From Malacoraja senta (taxonomy: Eukaryota), in contig JAXLNO010000079.1 of assembly GCA_038087875.1 (NCBI GenBank), forward strand, positions 124,001 through 188,000: 64,000 nucleotides of DNA, written 5' to 3'. The notes under the pieces are model-generated. The model ran no database searches, was not told the DNA's origin, and saw only the letters and a program-made list of their open reading frames with translations. The translations under genes were made by a program, and so were the position numbers. Each line of letters begins with the position of its first letter. Within the stretch, counting starts at the first letter, position 1. Positions 12,487-25,356 of this stretch are shown here, piece by piece.

Positions 12487-15400
12487 ACACACTCACTCAC
12501 CCACTCACCCACCCACTCATTCACACCCACCCACTCACCCACCCACCCACCCACTCATTCACTCACCCACACCCACTCACTCACCCACTCACCCACCCAC
12601 TCACCCACCCACCCACTCACTCACCCACACCCACTCACTCACCCACACACCCACCCACCTCGTTCACTCACCCACTCGTTCACCCCACCCACTCGTTCAC
12701 CCACCCACTCGTTCACTCACCCACTCGTTCACTCACCCACTCGTTCACTCACCCACTCGTTCACTCACCCACTCGTTCACTCACCCACTCGTTCACTCAC
12801 CCACTCGTTCACTCACCCACTCGTTCACTCGTTCACTCGTTCACTCGTTCACTCGTTCATCGTTCACTGTTCACTCGTTCACTCACCCACTCGTTCACTC
12901 ACCCAGTTCTCGTTCACTCACCCACTCGTTCACTCACCCACTCGTTCACTCACCCACTCGTTCACTCACCCACCTCGTTCACCACCCACTCGTTCACTCG
13001 TTCACTCGTTCACTCACCCACTCGTTCACTCGTCCACTCGTTCACTCGTCCACTCGTTCACTCGTCCACTCGTTCACTCGTTCACTCGTTCACTCACCCA
13101 CTCGTTCACTCACCCACTCGTTCACTCACCCACTCGTTCACTCATTCACTCGTTCACACGTTCACTCGTTCACCTCGTCTTCACTCGTTCACTCGTTCAC
13201 TCGTTCACTCGTTCACTCGTCCCTCGTTCACTCGTTCACTCACCCACTCGTTCACTCACCCACTCGTTCACTCACCCACTCGTTCACTCGTTCACTCACC
13301 CACTCGTTCACTCGTTCACCGTTCACTCGTTCACTCGTCCACTCGTTCACTCGTCCACTCGTTCACTCACCCACTCGTTCACTCACCACTCGTTCACCCA
13401 CCCACTCGTTCACCCACCACTCGTTCACCCACCCACTCGTTCACCCACCCACTCGTTCACTCACCCACTCGTTCACTCACCCTCGTTCACTCGTTCACTC
13501 GTTCACTCGTTCACTCGTTCACTCGTTCACTCGTTCACTCGTTCACTCACCCACTCGTTCACTCGTTCACTCACCCACTCGTTCACTCACCCACTCGTTC
13601 ACTCATTCACTCGTTCACTCACCCACTCGTTCACTCGTTCACTCACCCACTCGTTCACTCACCCACTCGTTCACTCACCCACTCGTTCACTCGTTCACCC
13701 ACCCACTCGTTCACTCACCCACTCGTTCACTCACCCACTCGTTCACTCGTTCACTCGTTCACTCGTTCACTCGTTCACTCACCCACTCGTTCACTCGTTC
13801 ACCGTTCATCGTTCACTCACCCACTCGTTCACTCACCCACTCGTTCACTCGTTCACTCGTTCACTCGTTCACTCGTTCACTCACCCACTCGTTCACTCGT
13901 TCACTCACCCACTCGTTCACTCACCCACTCGTTCACTCACCCACTCGTTCACTCGTTCACTCACCCACTCACCCACTCGTTCACTCACCCACTCGTTCAC
14001 TCACCCACTCGTTCACTCACCCACTCGTTCACTCACCCACTCGTTCACTCACCCACTCGTTCACTCACCCACTCGTTCACTCACCCACTCGTTCACTCAC
14101 CCACTCGTTCACTCACCACTCGTTCACTCGTTCACTCACCCACTCGTTCACTCACCCACTCGTTCACTCACCCACTCGTTCACTCACCCACTCGTTCACT
14201 CACCCACTCGTTCACTCACCCACTCGTTCACTCACCCACTCGTTCACTCACCCACTCGTTCACTTACCCACTCGTTCACTCACCCACTCGTTCACTCACC
14301 CACTCGTTCACTCACCCACTCGTTCACTCACCCACTCGTTCACTCACCCACTCGTTCACTCGTCCACTCGTTCACTCGTTCACTCGTTCACTCACCCACT
14401 CGTTCACTCACCCACTCGTTCACTCACCCACTCGTTCACTCGTTCACTCACCCACTCGTTCACTCACCCACTCGTTCACTCACCCACTCGTCTCACTCAC
14501 CCACTCGTTCACTCACCCCACTCGTTCACTCACCCACTCGTTCACTCACCACAGTCACTCGTTCACTCACCCACTCGTTCACTCACCCACCGTTCCATCA
14601 CCCACTCGTTCAACGTTCACCCACTCGTTCACTCGTTCACTCGTTCACTCGTTCACTCGTTCACTCGTTCACTCGTTCACTCACCCACTCGTTCACTCAC
14701 CCACTCGTTCACTCACCCACTCGTTCACTCACCCACTCGTTCACTCACCCACTCGTTCACTCGTTCATCGTTCACTCACCCACTCGTTCACTCACCCACT
14801 CGTTCACTCACCCACTCGTTCACTCACCCACTCGTTCACTCACCCACTCGTTCACTCACCCACTCGTTCACTCACCCACTCGTTCACTCACCCACTCGTT
14901 CACTCGTTCACTCGTTCACTCTCACTCGTTCACTCGTTCACTCGTTCACTCACCCACTCGTTCACTCACCCACTCGTTCACTCACCCACTCGTTCACTCA
15001 CCCACTCGTTCACTCACCCACTCGTTCCACCTCACCCACTCGTTCACTCACCCACTCGTTCACTCACCCTCTCGTTCACTCACCCACTCGTTCACTCGTT
15101 CACTCGTTCACTCACCCACTCGTTCACTCACCCACTCGTTCACTCGTTCACTCGTTCACTCACCCACTCGTTCACTCGTTCACTCGTTCACTCACCCACT
15201 CGTTCACTCACCCACTCGTTCACTCGTCCACTCGTTCACTCACCCACTCGTTCACTCACCCACTCGTTCACTCACCCACTCGTTCACTCGTTCACTCACC
15301 CACTCGTTCACTCACCCACTCGTTCACTCACCCACTCGTTCACTCGTTCACTCGTTCACTCACCCACTCGTTCACTCGTTCACTCGTTCACTCACCACTC

Positions 15401-16843
15401 GTTCACTCACCCACTCGTTCACTCGTCCACTCGTTCACTCGTCCACTCGTTCACTCACCCACTCGTTCACTCACCCACTCGTTCACTGTTCACTCACCCA
15501 CTCGTTCACTCACCCACTCGTTCACTCACCCACTCGTTCACTCACCCACTCGTTCACTCACCCACTCGTTCACTCACCCACTCGTTCACTCACCCACTCG
15601 TTCACTCACCCACTCGTTCACTCGTTCACTCACCCACTCGTTCACTCACCCACTCGTTCACTCGTTCACTCACCCACTCGTTCACTCACCCACTCGTTCA
15701 CTCACCCACTCGTTCACTCACCCACTCGTTCACTCGTTCACTCACCCACTCGTTCACTCACCCACTCGTTCACTCACCCACTCGTTCACTCACCCACTCG
15801 TTCACTCACCCACTCGTTCACTCACCCACTCGTTCACTCACCCACTCGTTCACTCACCCACTCGTTCACTCGTTCACTCACCCACTCGTTCACTCACCCA
15901 CTCGTTCACTCACCCACTCGTTCACTCACCCACTCGTTCACTCGTTCACTCACCCACTCACCCACTCGTTCACTCACCCACTCGTTCACTCGTTCACTCG
16001 TTCACTCGTTCACTCACCCACTCGTTCACTCACCCACTCGTTCACTCACCCACTCGTTCACTCACCCACTCGTTCACTCACCCACTCGTTCACTCACCCA
16101 CTCGTTCACTCACCCACTCGTTCACTCACCCACTCGTTCACTCGTTCACTCGTTCACTCGTTCACTCGTTCACTCGTTCACTCGTTCACTCGTTCACTCG
16201 TTCACTCACCCACTCGTTCACTCACCCACTCGTTCACTCACCCACTCGTTCACTCACCCACTCGTTCACTCACCCACTCGTTCACTCGTCCACTCGTTCA
16301 CTCGTTCACTCGTCCACTCGTTCACTCGCCCACTCGTTCACTCGCCCACTCGTTCACTCACCCACTCGTTCACTCACCCACTCGTTCACTCACCCACTCG
16401 TTCACTCACCCACTCGTTCACTCACCCACTCGTTCACTCACCCACTCGTTCACTCGTTCACTCGTTCACTCACCCACTCGTTCACTCGTTCACTCGTTCA
16501 CTCACCCACTCTTCACTCACCCACTCGTTCACTCACCCACTCGTTCATCACCCACTCGTTCACTCACCCACTCGTTCACTCACCCACCCACTCACTCACC
16601 CACCCACTCACTCCTCACCCACTCACTCACTCACTCACCCACTCACTCACTCACCCACTCACTCACCCACACTCACCCACACTCACCCACCCCACCCACT
16701 CAGTCACCCACTCACTCACCCACCCACCCACTCACCCACCCACTCACCCACCCACTCACCCACCCACTCACCCACCCACGCACCCACCCACGCACCCACC
16801 CACGCACACACCCAGTCACTCACCCACCCACCTATTCACCCCC
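12487..16843. repeat. About 4.35-kb satellite built from two octamers, CACTCGTT and CACTCACC
   Basis: Directly visible; often forms a 16-mer CACTCACCCACTCGTT, with degenerate edges. Confidence 0.98.
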
Positions 16844-16849
16844 TAGTTA

Positions 16850-16978
16850 TTATTAAAATCTGACAATGTGCACTTTAACCATATGTGATTTTTTTCTATT
16901 ACAAATCTCAAATTGTGTAGTACAGAGGCAAATAAATAAATGATGGGTCTTTGTCCCAAACATTATGGCGGACACTGT
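16850..16978 (+). mobile_element. Orphan Tc1 TIR end (second copy at about 12110-12231)
   Basis: Matches the right TIR of the Tc1 at 30363-32025 and ends cactg|ta. Confidence 0.85.
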
Positions 16979-16979
16979 A

Positions 16980-19540
16980 CATCTATCAAGTATTCCCACA
17001 ACCTCCACTGCTCTAGAGAAAATAATCCAAGTTTATCCTTCATATTCCTGTAGCTGAAACCCTTTAATCCAGTCAGCATTCTAGTTAACCTCCTCTGCAC
17101 CGTCTCCATAGCCTCCACACCTTTCCCGTACCGGGGCGACCAGAACTACACACAATACTCCAAATGCGGCCTAACCAAAGTCCTACAGAACTGCATTGTG
17201 ACTTCCTGGCTCTTATATCCAATGCCCTGAGCAATGAAGGTAAGCATAACATGCGCTTTCTTTCCAACCCTATCTACTTATGCTGCTACCTTTAGTGAGC
17301 TATGAATTTGGGCTACGAAGTCGCTCTGATTGATACCCCACTTCAGACTGCTAGAAAGGTCACGACCCGAAACAGCACCTATTCAAATTCATAGCAAATG
17401 GCTTGTTGGCCTTCATGGCAAGAGGATTTGAGTATAGGAGCAAGCAGGTCCCATTGCAATTGTACAGGGCCCTGGTTATACCACACCTGGAGTATTGTGT
17501 GCAGTTTTGGTCTCCTAATTTGAGGGAAGGACATTATTGCTATTGAGGGAGTGCAGCGTAGGTTCACCAGGTTAATTCCGGGGATGGCGGGACTGACATT
17601 TGATGAAAGAATGGATCGACTGGCTTATATGCACTGGAATTTAGAAAGATGAGAGGGGATCTTATAGAAACATATAACATTCTTAAAGGATTGGACAGGC
17701 TAGATGCAGGAAAAATGTTCCCGATGTTGGGGGAATCCAGAACCAGGGGTCACTGTTTAAGAATAAGGCGTAGGCTATTTAGGACTGAGATTCGGAAAAA
17801 CTATTTCACCCAGAGAGTTGTGATTCTGTGGAATTCTCTGCCACAGAAGGCAGTGAGGGCCAATTCACTGAAAGTATTCAAGAGAGTTAGATATAACTCT
17901 TACGGATAACGGAATCAAGGGATATGGGGAGAAAGCAGGAACGGGGTACTGATTTTGGATGATCAGCCATGATCATATTGAATGGCGGTGCTGGCTCGAA
18001 GGACCGAATGGCCTACTCCGGCACCTATTTTCTATGTTCTCCAGAGATGCGGCCTAACCCGCTGAGTTACTGCAGTACTGTGTGTCTTTTTTGACTATCT
18101 ATAAATCTTCTGGAATTTTTTGAGGCTGTGACAAGTAAAATGGATGAAGGGGCGCCAGTGGATGTAGTGTATCTAGACTTTCAGAAAGCCTTTGATAAGG
18201 TCCCGCACGGGAGACTGGTGACTAAAATTAGAGCACATGGTATTGGGGGTAGGGTGTTGACATGGATAGAAAAGTGGTTGGCAGACCGGAAGCAAAGAGT
18301 TGGAGTGAACGGGTCCTTTTCAGAATGGCAGGCAGTGGCGATTGGAGTGCCGCAAGGCTCGGTGTTGGGGCCGCAACTGTTTATCATATATATTAATGAT
18401 TTGGAAGAGGGAATTAAGCGCAACACTAGCAAATTTGCGGATGACACAAAGCTGGGTGGCAGTGTGAACTGTGAAGAGGATGTTAGGAGGTTGCAGGATG
18501 ACCTGGACAGGTTGAGTGAGTGGGCAGATGCGTGGCAGATGCAGTATAATATAGATAAATGTGAGGTTATCCACTTTGGCTGCACAAACAAGGGGGCAGA
18601 TTATTATCTCAATGGGGTTAGGTTAGGTTAGGAAAATAGGTGCAGGAGGAGGCCATTCGGCCCTTCGAGCCAGCACCGCCATTCATTGTGATCATGGCTG
18701 ATCGTCCCCTATCAATAACCCTTGCCTGCCTTCTCCCCATATCCCTTGACTCCACTAGCCCCTAGAGCTCTATCTAACTCGCTCTTAAATCCATCCAGTG
18801 ATTTGGCCTCCACTGCCCTCTGTGGCAGGGAAGTCCATAAATTCACAACTCTCTGGGTGAAAAAGTATTTTCTCACCTCAGTCTTAAATGACCTCCCCTT
18901 TATTCTAAGTGTGGCCCCTGGTTCTGGACTCGCCCAACATTGGGAACACTTTTCCTGCATCTAGCTTGTCCAGTCCTTTTATAATTTTATATGTTTCTAT
19001 AAGATCCCTCCTCATCCTTCTAAACTCCAGTGAATACAAGCCTAGTCTTTTCAATCTTTCCTCATATGACAGTCCCGCCATCCCAGGGACCAATCTCGTG
19101 AACCTACGCTGCACGCTGGGCAGATATTCCGTGGAGCGCATGAGGTTGACGGGTGATCTTATAGAGGTATTAATAAAGTAAAAATCAATCAATCAATCAT
19201 ATAAAATCATGAGAGGAATAGATCCGGTGGATGCACAGAGTCTCTTGCCCAGAGTAGCTGAATCGAGGACCAGAGGACATAGGTTTAAGGTGAAGGGGAA
19301 AAGAATTAATAGGAATCAGAGGGGTAACATTTTCACACAGAGGGTGGTGGGTGTATTGAACAAGCTGCCGGAGGAGGTAGTTGAGGCTGGGACTATCCCA
19401 ACATTTGCGAAACAGTTAGACAGGTACATGGATAGGACAGTTTGGAGGGATTGGACCAAAAGCAGGCAGGTGGGACTAGTGTAGCTGGGACATGTTGGCC
19501 GGTGTGGGCGTTGGGCCGAAGGGCCTGTTACCACTATGAC
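16980..19540. mobile_element. Cluster of CR1 fragments: about 16980-17300 (-), 17395-18040 (+), 18100-18628 (+), 18632-19115 (-), 19130-19540 (+)
   Basis: RT and C-terminal CR1 motifs in the ORF track; CR1 3' tails. Confidence 0.9.
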
Positions 19541-20851
19541 CTGCCCATTATGTTTGATTAAATTGCCATTTACCTACACAAGGGGTAATTTATAATAGCT
19601 AATCAACCTACCAACACATCTTTGAGATGTAGGAGCAACCAGAGTTTCTGGTGGGAAAAGTGAAGTCACGGAGAGAAAATGCAAACCTCACTTAGACAGA
19701 ACTCAAGGTCAGGGTCATATTAAGGTTGCTGAAGCTGTAAAGCAGTAACACTAACTATTATACCAGCCCACTGACTCAATTGCTTTAAGGTGTTCCAAAG
19801 TCATAAAAATTATATAAACGCAAACTCTTTTTTCATCAACATACAATCCAGAGGTGTTTTCAAATCGCACCTTAATTACCCAATATATATGATAATTTGC
19901 AATAAACCACTGGTTGGTTTCCATTGTTTATTTATGTTTTGGGATGTGTGCATGGCTGGCAAGGCAAGCATTTATTACCTTTGAAAAGATGGTGGTGAGC
20001 CACCTTCTTGAACTTTTGCAGTTGCCAATGCTGACATTACTACAATATTGCTGGGCAGATAATTCCCTAGTTTGGTTCCAGCAATGATAAAGGAATGGCC
20101 ATATAAGTTCAGAAAGGAGGGGAAACTGCATGAGTCAGAAACATTTATACTGGGTTGTTGATGTTTGAGTTTTGGACATGCTGGTGGAACAGTCCAGGCA
20201 AGGAACTACAATGCATTTTGTAGATGGTATAGACACTGCAGCCACTGTGCGCTGAAGGTGGAAGGAATGAATCATTAGGATAGTTGATGGGTATCAAGTA
20301 AGGTAACTTTTACCTTGGATTGTCTAAAGCTTTTGATTGGCAAGTTTTTCTTCATGCCTCTTACTTCAGTCTTGTAGTGTCAGGAATGCAAAGCACTCAC
20401 TGCTGGGATATCCAGCCTCTGACTGCTCCTTTGGAGTCTTATAGTCATACAGCATAGACATCTTCTCTGCACCCTTTCCAGCTTGACCTTTCCTGTAACA
20501 TGGTGCCTGGAACTGAACACAATACTCTAAAGCTGAGTTACTCCAGCTTTTTGTGTCTATCTTTGGTTTAAACCAACATCTGCAGTTCCTTCTTACACAT
20601 ACCTGTTTTGACCACCCTATCTATCTACCTGCTCGTCAATACAATATTAATGTAGCAATATTACAAAGGATACAAAGGACATTTATTATCACATACACCA
20701 AATGGTGTAGTGAAATTTGACTTGCCATACTCACAATGAAAAAATAAATTAACATAGAATTTCAAACCAATTAAATTTACATATAATTGCTCAAAATTAA
20801 TGCAAATTTCCGATTCAAGTCAAGATTAATAAACTAATGCAATGTACTCAC

Positions 20852-20950
20852 AGTTCCTGGTCTTGTGAAGTCAATGCTTTGGGCCATGCTTTGTCTCATT
20901 TGTTTGCTAAACAATCGAACACAAACACTTTGAAGGTACTCTGGGGTGAC
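20852..20950 (-). CDS. armc9: ARMC9 coding exon 8 (99 nt)
   Basis: [33 protein letters not shown]; ttatag acceptor, gtgagt donor. Confidence 0.96.
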
Positions 20951-21074
20951 CTATAAACAGTAAATAAGAAATCATTGGCATACATAAATCTGATAATCAC
21001 CTGTTTTCTCACTGCTTTAACCTTTTTTGCACATTTTATGTGGACCAGAGGGTGCTTCACTGGTAAGTGAAAGC

Positions 21075-21660
21075 AAATATGCAGATGCAGCTTGCAATTA
21101 AGAAGACTAATGATTAGTTGGCCTTCATTGCAAGAGGTATCGACCACTGAGACAAGATATTTTCCCACAATAATAAAGACCACATCAGAAGCATTGTATG
21201 TAGTTTTGTTTGACCCAAGAAAGCAAAGATTTGCTATTGACGAGGTGCTGTGTGGTTTACCAAACTGTTATGTGGTGTAGCAGGACTGTTGTATGAGGAG
21301 AAATTGGCTTGACAAGATATGAATTCACTAGAAATGAGAAGAATGAGGATCCAACCATAACATTCAGAATTGTTGCCCAGTCTAGACAGACTGGATTGGT
21401 AAAGTCTTCCCCTGGCGGGGGGGGGGGGGGGGGGGGGTGTTAGAACTTGGCATTGGTTAAGACATTTATGACTGAGGTAAAGAGAAATTCCTTCATTCAG
21501 AGGAAGATGGACCAGTGGGATTCTCAACCATACAACATGGAGGCCAAGTCATCAAATGTGTTTCTGAAGGAGATAAGTTCATCGATGCAAAGTGTAAAAG
21601 GGCAATGCTGGCTCAAAGAGTCGAATGGCCTACTCCTGCATCTATTGTCTATTGCCTAGA
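21075..21660 (+). mobile_element. Old, degraded CR1 fragment
   Basis: Residual CR1 ORF2 similarity and a gaatggcctactcctgca...tattgtctattg tail. Confidence 0.7.
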
Positions 21661-21671
21661 GAGTGGGAATA

Positions 21672-23650
21672 CAGTACATTCAGAAAGTATTCAGACCCCT
21701 TCACTTTTTCCACATTTTGTTACGTTGCAGCCTTATTCTAAAATGGATTACATTATTTTTGTTATCACCAATCTACACACAATACCCCATTAATATAAAA
21801 GCGAAAACAGGTGTTTAGACATTTTCAAAAAGTAATTAAAAGAAATAACTGAAATATCACATTTACATAAGTATTCAGACCCTTTACTCAGTACTTTGTT
21901 GAGGCACCTTTGGCAGCGATTACAGCCTCAAGTTTTTTGGGTAATTTCTCCCATTCATCTCTGCAGATCCTCTCAAGCTCTGTCAGGTTGGATGGGGAGC
22001 GTCGATGCACAGTTATTTTCAGGTCCCCTCCAGAGATGTTCGATCAGGTTCAAGTCTGGGCTCTGGCTGGGCCACTCAAGAACATTCACAGACTTGTCAC
22101 GAAACCACTCCTGCGTCGTCTTGGCTGTGTGCTTTGGGCCGTTGTCCTGTTGGAAGGTGAACCTCCACCCGTCTGAGGTCCAGAACACTCTGGAACAGGT
22201 TTTCATCAAGGAGCTCTCTTTACTTTGCTCCGTTCTTCTTTCCCTCAATCCTGACTAGTCTCCCAGTTCCTGCCACTGAAAAACATCCCCACAGCATGAT
22301 GCTGCCACCACCATGCTTCACCGTAGGTGTGGTATTAGCCTTGCGATGAGCGGTGCCTGGTTTCCTCCAGATGTGACGCTTGGCATTCAGGCCAAAGAGT
22401 TCAATCTTGGTTTCATCAGACAAGAGAATCTTGTTTCTCATGCCTTTTGGCAAACTCCAAGCGGGCTTTCATGTGCCTTTTACTGAGGAGTATGAAACAA
22501 CTCTACCATAAAGGCCTGATTGGTAGAGTGCTGCAGATATAGTTGTCCTTCTGGAAGGTTCTCCCATCTCCACAGAGAAATTCTGCAGCGTTCTCCCATC
22601 TCCACAGAGAAATTCTGCAGCTCTGTCAGAGTGACCATCAGGTTCTTGGTCTCCTCCCTGACCAAGGCCCTTCTCTCCCGATTGCTCAGTTTGGCCGGGC
22701 GGCCAGCTCTGTGAAGAGTCCTGGTGGTTCCAAAGTTCTTCCATTTAAGAATGACGGAGGCCACTGTGCTCTTCGGGGCCTGCAATGCTGCAGAAATTGT
22801 TTTACACCCTTCCCCAGATCTGTGTCTCGACACAATCTTGTCTCGGAGGTCTACGGACAATTTTGCTCAATTTTGAGTGTCATAGCAAAGGGTCTGAATA
22901 CTTATGTTAATGTGATATTTCAGTTATTTCTTTTTAATTACTTTGCAAAAATTTCTAAACACTTGTTTTCGCTTCTTCATTCTGGGGTATTGTGTGTACA
23001 TTGATGATTAAAAAATGAATTTAATCCATTTTAAAATAAGGCTGTAACGTAACAAAATTAGGAAAAAGTGAAGGGGTCTGAATACTTATCGAGGCGCTGC
23101 AGTCTCGATGCCTCCTGGATCGCCGCGTAGAAGCCCGGGTCAGGGCCTGGCCGGGTCCTCGCGGGTAGAAGCCCGGGTCTGGGCCTGGCCGGTCCTCGTG
23201 GGTAGAAGTCCGGTCAGGGCCTGGCCGGTCCTCGCGGGTAGAAGCCCGAGTCGGGCGAAGCGGCTGACGGAGCCCGCAGCTGGGGCCCGGGTTGGCACCA
23301 TGGAGGCGTGAAGTGGGGCGTTGACAGCGATGACACCTCGGTGGTGGTGAAGCCTCGCGGCAGTGGCGATGCCTCGCTGGTCGACGGTCAATGAGAGCGT
23401 AGAGGACCACCATGAGGGGGAAGAGGAAGAACAATGGAGGACCTGGCGTGGGGGGACCCCCGTGAGGGAGGTGGGGGAAAACAATGGACAATGGGGACCC
23501 GGCGTGGGGGGACTGTTTGGGGGGAGGGGGGGCAAAAAGGGGAGCCGGCGTAGGTGCTGCTATTTGTATACATTGTGTACGCAGCAAAAAATCTCACTGT
23601 GCCTAGTCACACGTGACAATAAAGTATCCCTATACTTTCTGAATGCACTT
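21672..23650 (-). mobile_element. Tc1-family transposon, defective; one TIR interrupted by an insertion
   Basis: ta|cagtacattcagaaagtattcagacccc left end; transposase remnants ([34 protein letters not shown]); mirrored TIR at about 22880-23087 plus 23632-23650. Confidence 0.92.
23088..23631 (+). mobile_element. GC-rich non-autonomous retroelement inserted in the Tc1 TIR
   Basis: Flanked by direct repeat atactt (23082-23087 and 23632-23637); ends cacgtgacaataaag. Confidence 0.75.
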
Positions 23651-23652
23651 TA

Positions 23653-24865
23653 TAGCGATGTTACAAAACCTACCTTCAGTGGCACTGCAGTTCTGCCACT
23701 GGCTGTGTGCGCGACTCTGGCGCCTTGGGGGGGGGGGGGGGGGGGGCGGGATTAAAATGCAGTTTTGTACTGCCTGTCCGAGGCGGATTTCCTCGGGCTG
23801 CTAGCTGATGAAGAAAAATCGATCGGACTTCCGTTCCCGGTTTATTTTTTAAAAAAATCGCTAGACAATTTAATAATTGGATTAAAATAAAAAGCAACTT
23901 CTAACCCCCTCAACGCCTACAACGTGACGGATCGCAAGAACGGACAAAACAAAGGGTGTCGTTTATTTTACATATAATCTTACTTCTTGGGATGGCTTTA
24001 ATATAATTTTACGTTGCGAAAATGTTATTTGGGCCCCATACGAACCAGCCATTTCTTTCCTGCCGATATGGGGTTCAAATTCACCGCAACCGCAACGTTC
24101 CAATCGAGCGCGTTCCAGTATCACCCACTCGCAAGATGATTAAAATGCTCTTTTTTTTTGGACAATCATGTCGTAAGCCGTCTAAATTGTCTATATTTTG
24201 TGTTATTCTCTCTCCATGATCATTATTTTTAAACTAAATATTCACAACAGTTTGAGTCACATGTATTGTGCAAAAAACAATAATTTTGATTGTATTTTGA
24301 GTGGATGTTTCTGGATTAATTTATGGGAATTAAACATTAAATTCCTTCCATTTGGCCTATAAGTTCATGACAGTGAGATTTAAAAATCACGTTATATTGT
24401 GAATTCTTGTGTGAATGTTATTTGGACACTTAGGCTATTTAAACAAGTTAACTTTTCTTAAGAAATGGATAGGTGTTTAGATCTAGTAATTGAATTTAGA
24501 TTAATTAATTTGTATCGATTAAACCGATTTGATGAAACTGATGAATATGAATTTCTTGTTGGGTATTTACTATTTGTTTTAGCGTTTAACTTTATCTATA
24601 ATAACTGAAAATGTCATTCAGTTCTCTTAATTTTAAGAAAGTTATGGGCTTTTGACTGTCCTCGATCACAGCTTTTGAGTTAAGTCAATGGAAAAGCAAT
24701 AGGGAACAAGATGCTAATTTCCGAGTATGAAAATGGCCATAACTTTCTCAATACTGAAGATATGAAAGTGAATTAGGTATCAAATTAAATGTATTTTTAT
24801 GCTTTATCTGATGGGATAAATTGCAGACTTGATTTTTAAAATCTCAAAATTTTGTAACATTGCTA
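23653..24865. mobile_element. Non-autonomous TIR DNA element (hAT-like, superfamily uncertain)
   Basis: TIRs tagcgatgttacaaaa / ttttgtaacattgcta; imperfect flanking repeat cacttta / cactata. Confidence 0.75.
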
Positions 24866-25356
24866 CACTATATGTTAGGAGGGATGATCAGCCATGATTA
24901 TATTTGATCACCGTGATTTCTTTGCTGTATCAACTAAAAAGTGAAAATACGGATTAACTCAAAATAAATATTGCATGAACCATTCACATTAAAATTAAAT
25001 ATAATGAAAATAATCAGTTAGCGAATACAGTAAACCCTACAATAACCAACCTCTATATAATAGATCTCACCTCCCATTGCACTGCGTCTGCCTGTTACCC
25101 AATGATGTGCTTCCGGTTGTTGGGGGGGGGGGGAGAGAGTGAGCAGCATGAAGGTGGCGTGAGTAATGGCTTCACCGCGTGTGGTGCTGGGGGCTCTGTA
25201 GCTCCGGGCCTGTGAATTCATGCTCGTTTAAAAAAAAACTCCCCCACGTCGTGTTTCTTCCCTCCCAACTTTATCCCCCTCACTCAGTTATACGGGACAA
25301 TCGGCAATAACAGACACGACCCCCCCCCAGGTCCATTATTATGAGGGCTTACTGTC

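Noticed and set aside
12487..16843. CRISPR-like or telomeric array
   Set aside because: No unique spacers, no cas genes, eukaryotic context, and no TTAGGG units.
12379..16863. 1494-aa His/Ser/Thr/Pro-rich ORF
   Set aside because: It is the translation of an octamer satellite that lacks stop codons on this strand. It is intronic and antisense to ARMC9, with no domain or splice evidence.
18100..19115. Twin-priming 5' inversion of a single CR1
   Set aside because: The 3' tail of the minus-strand piece faces inward and the pieces are not contiguous in the element, so two independent insertions fit better.
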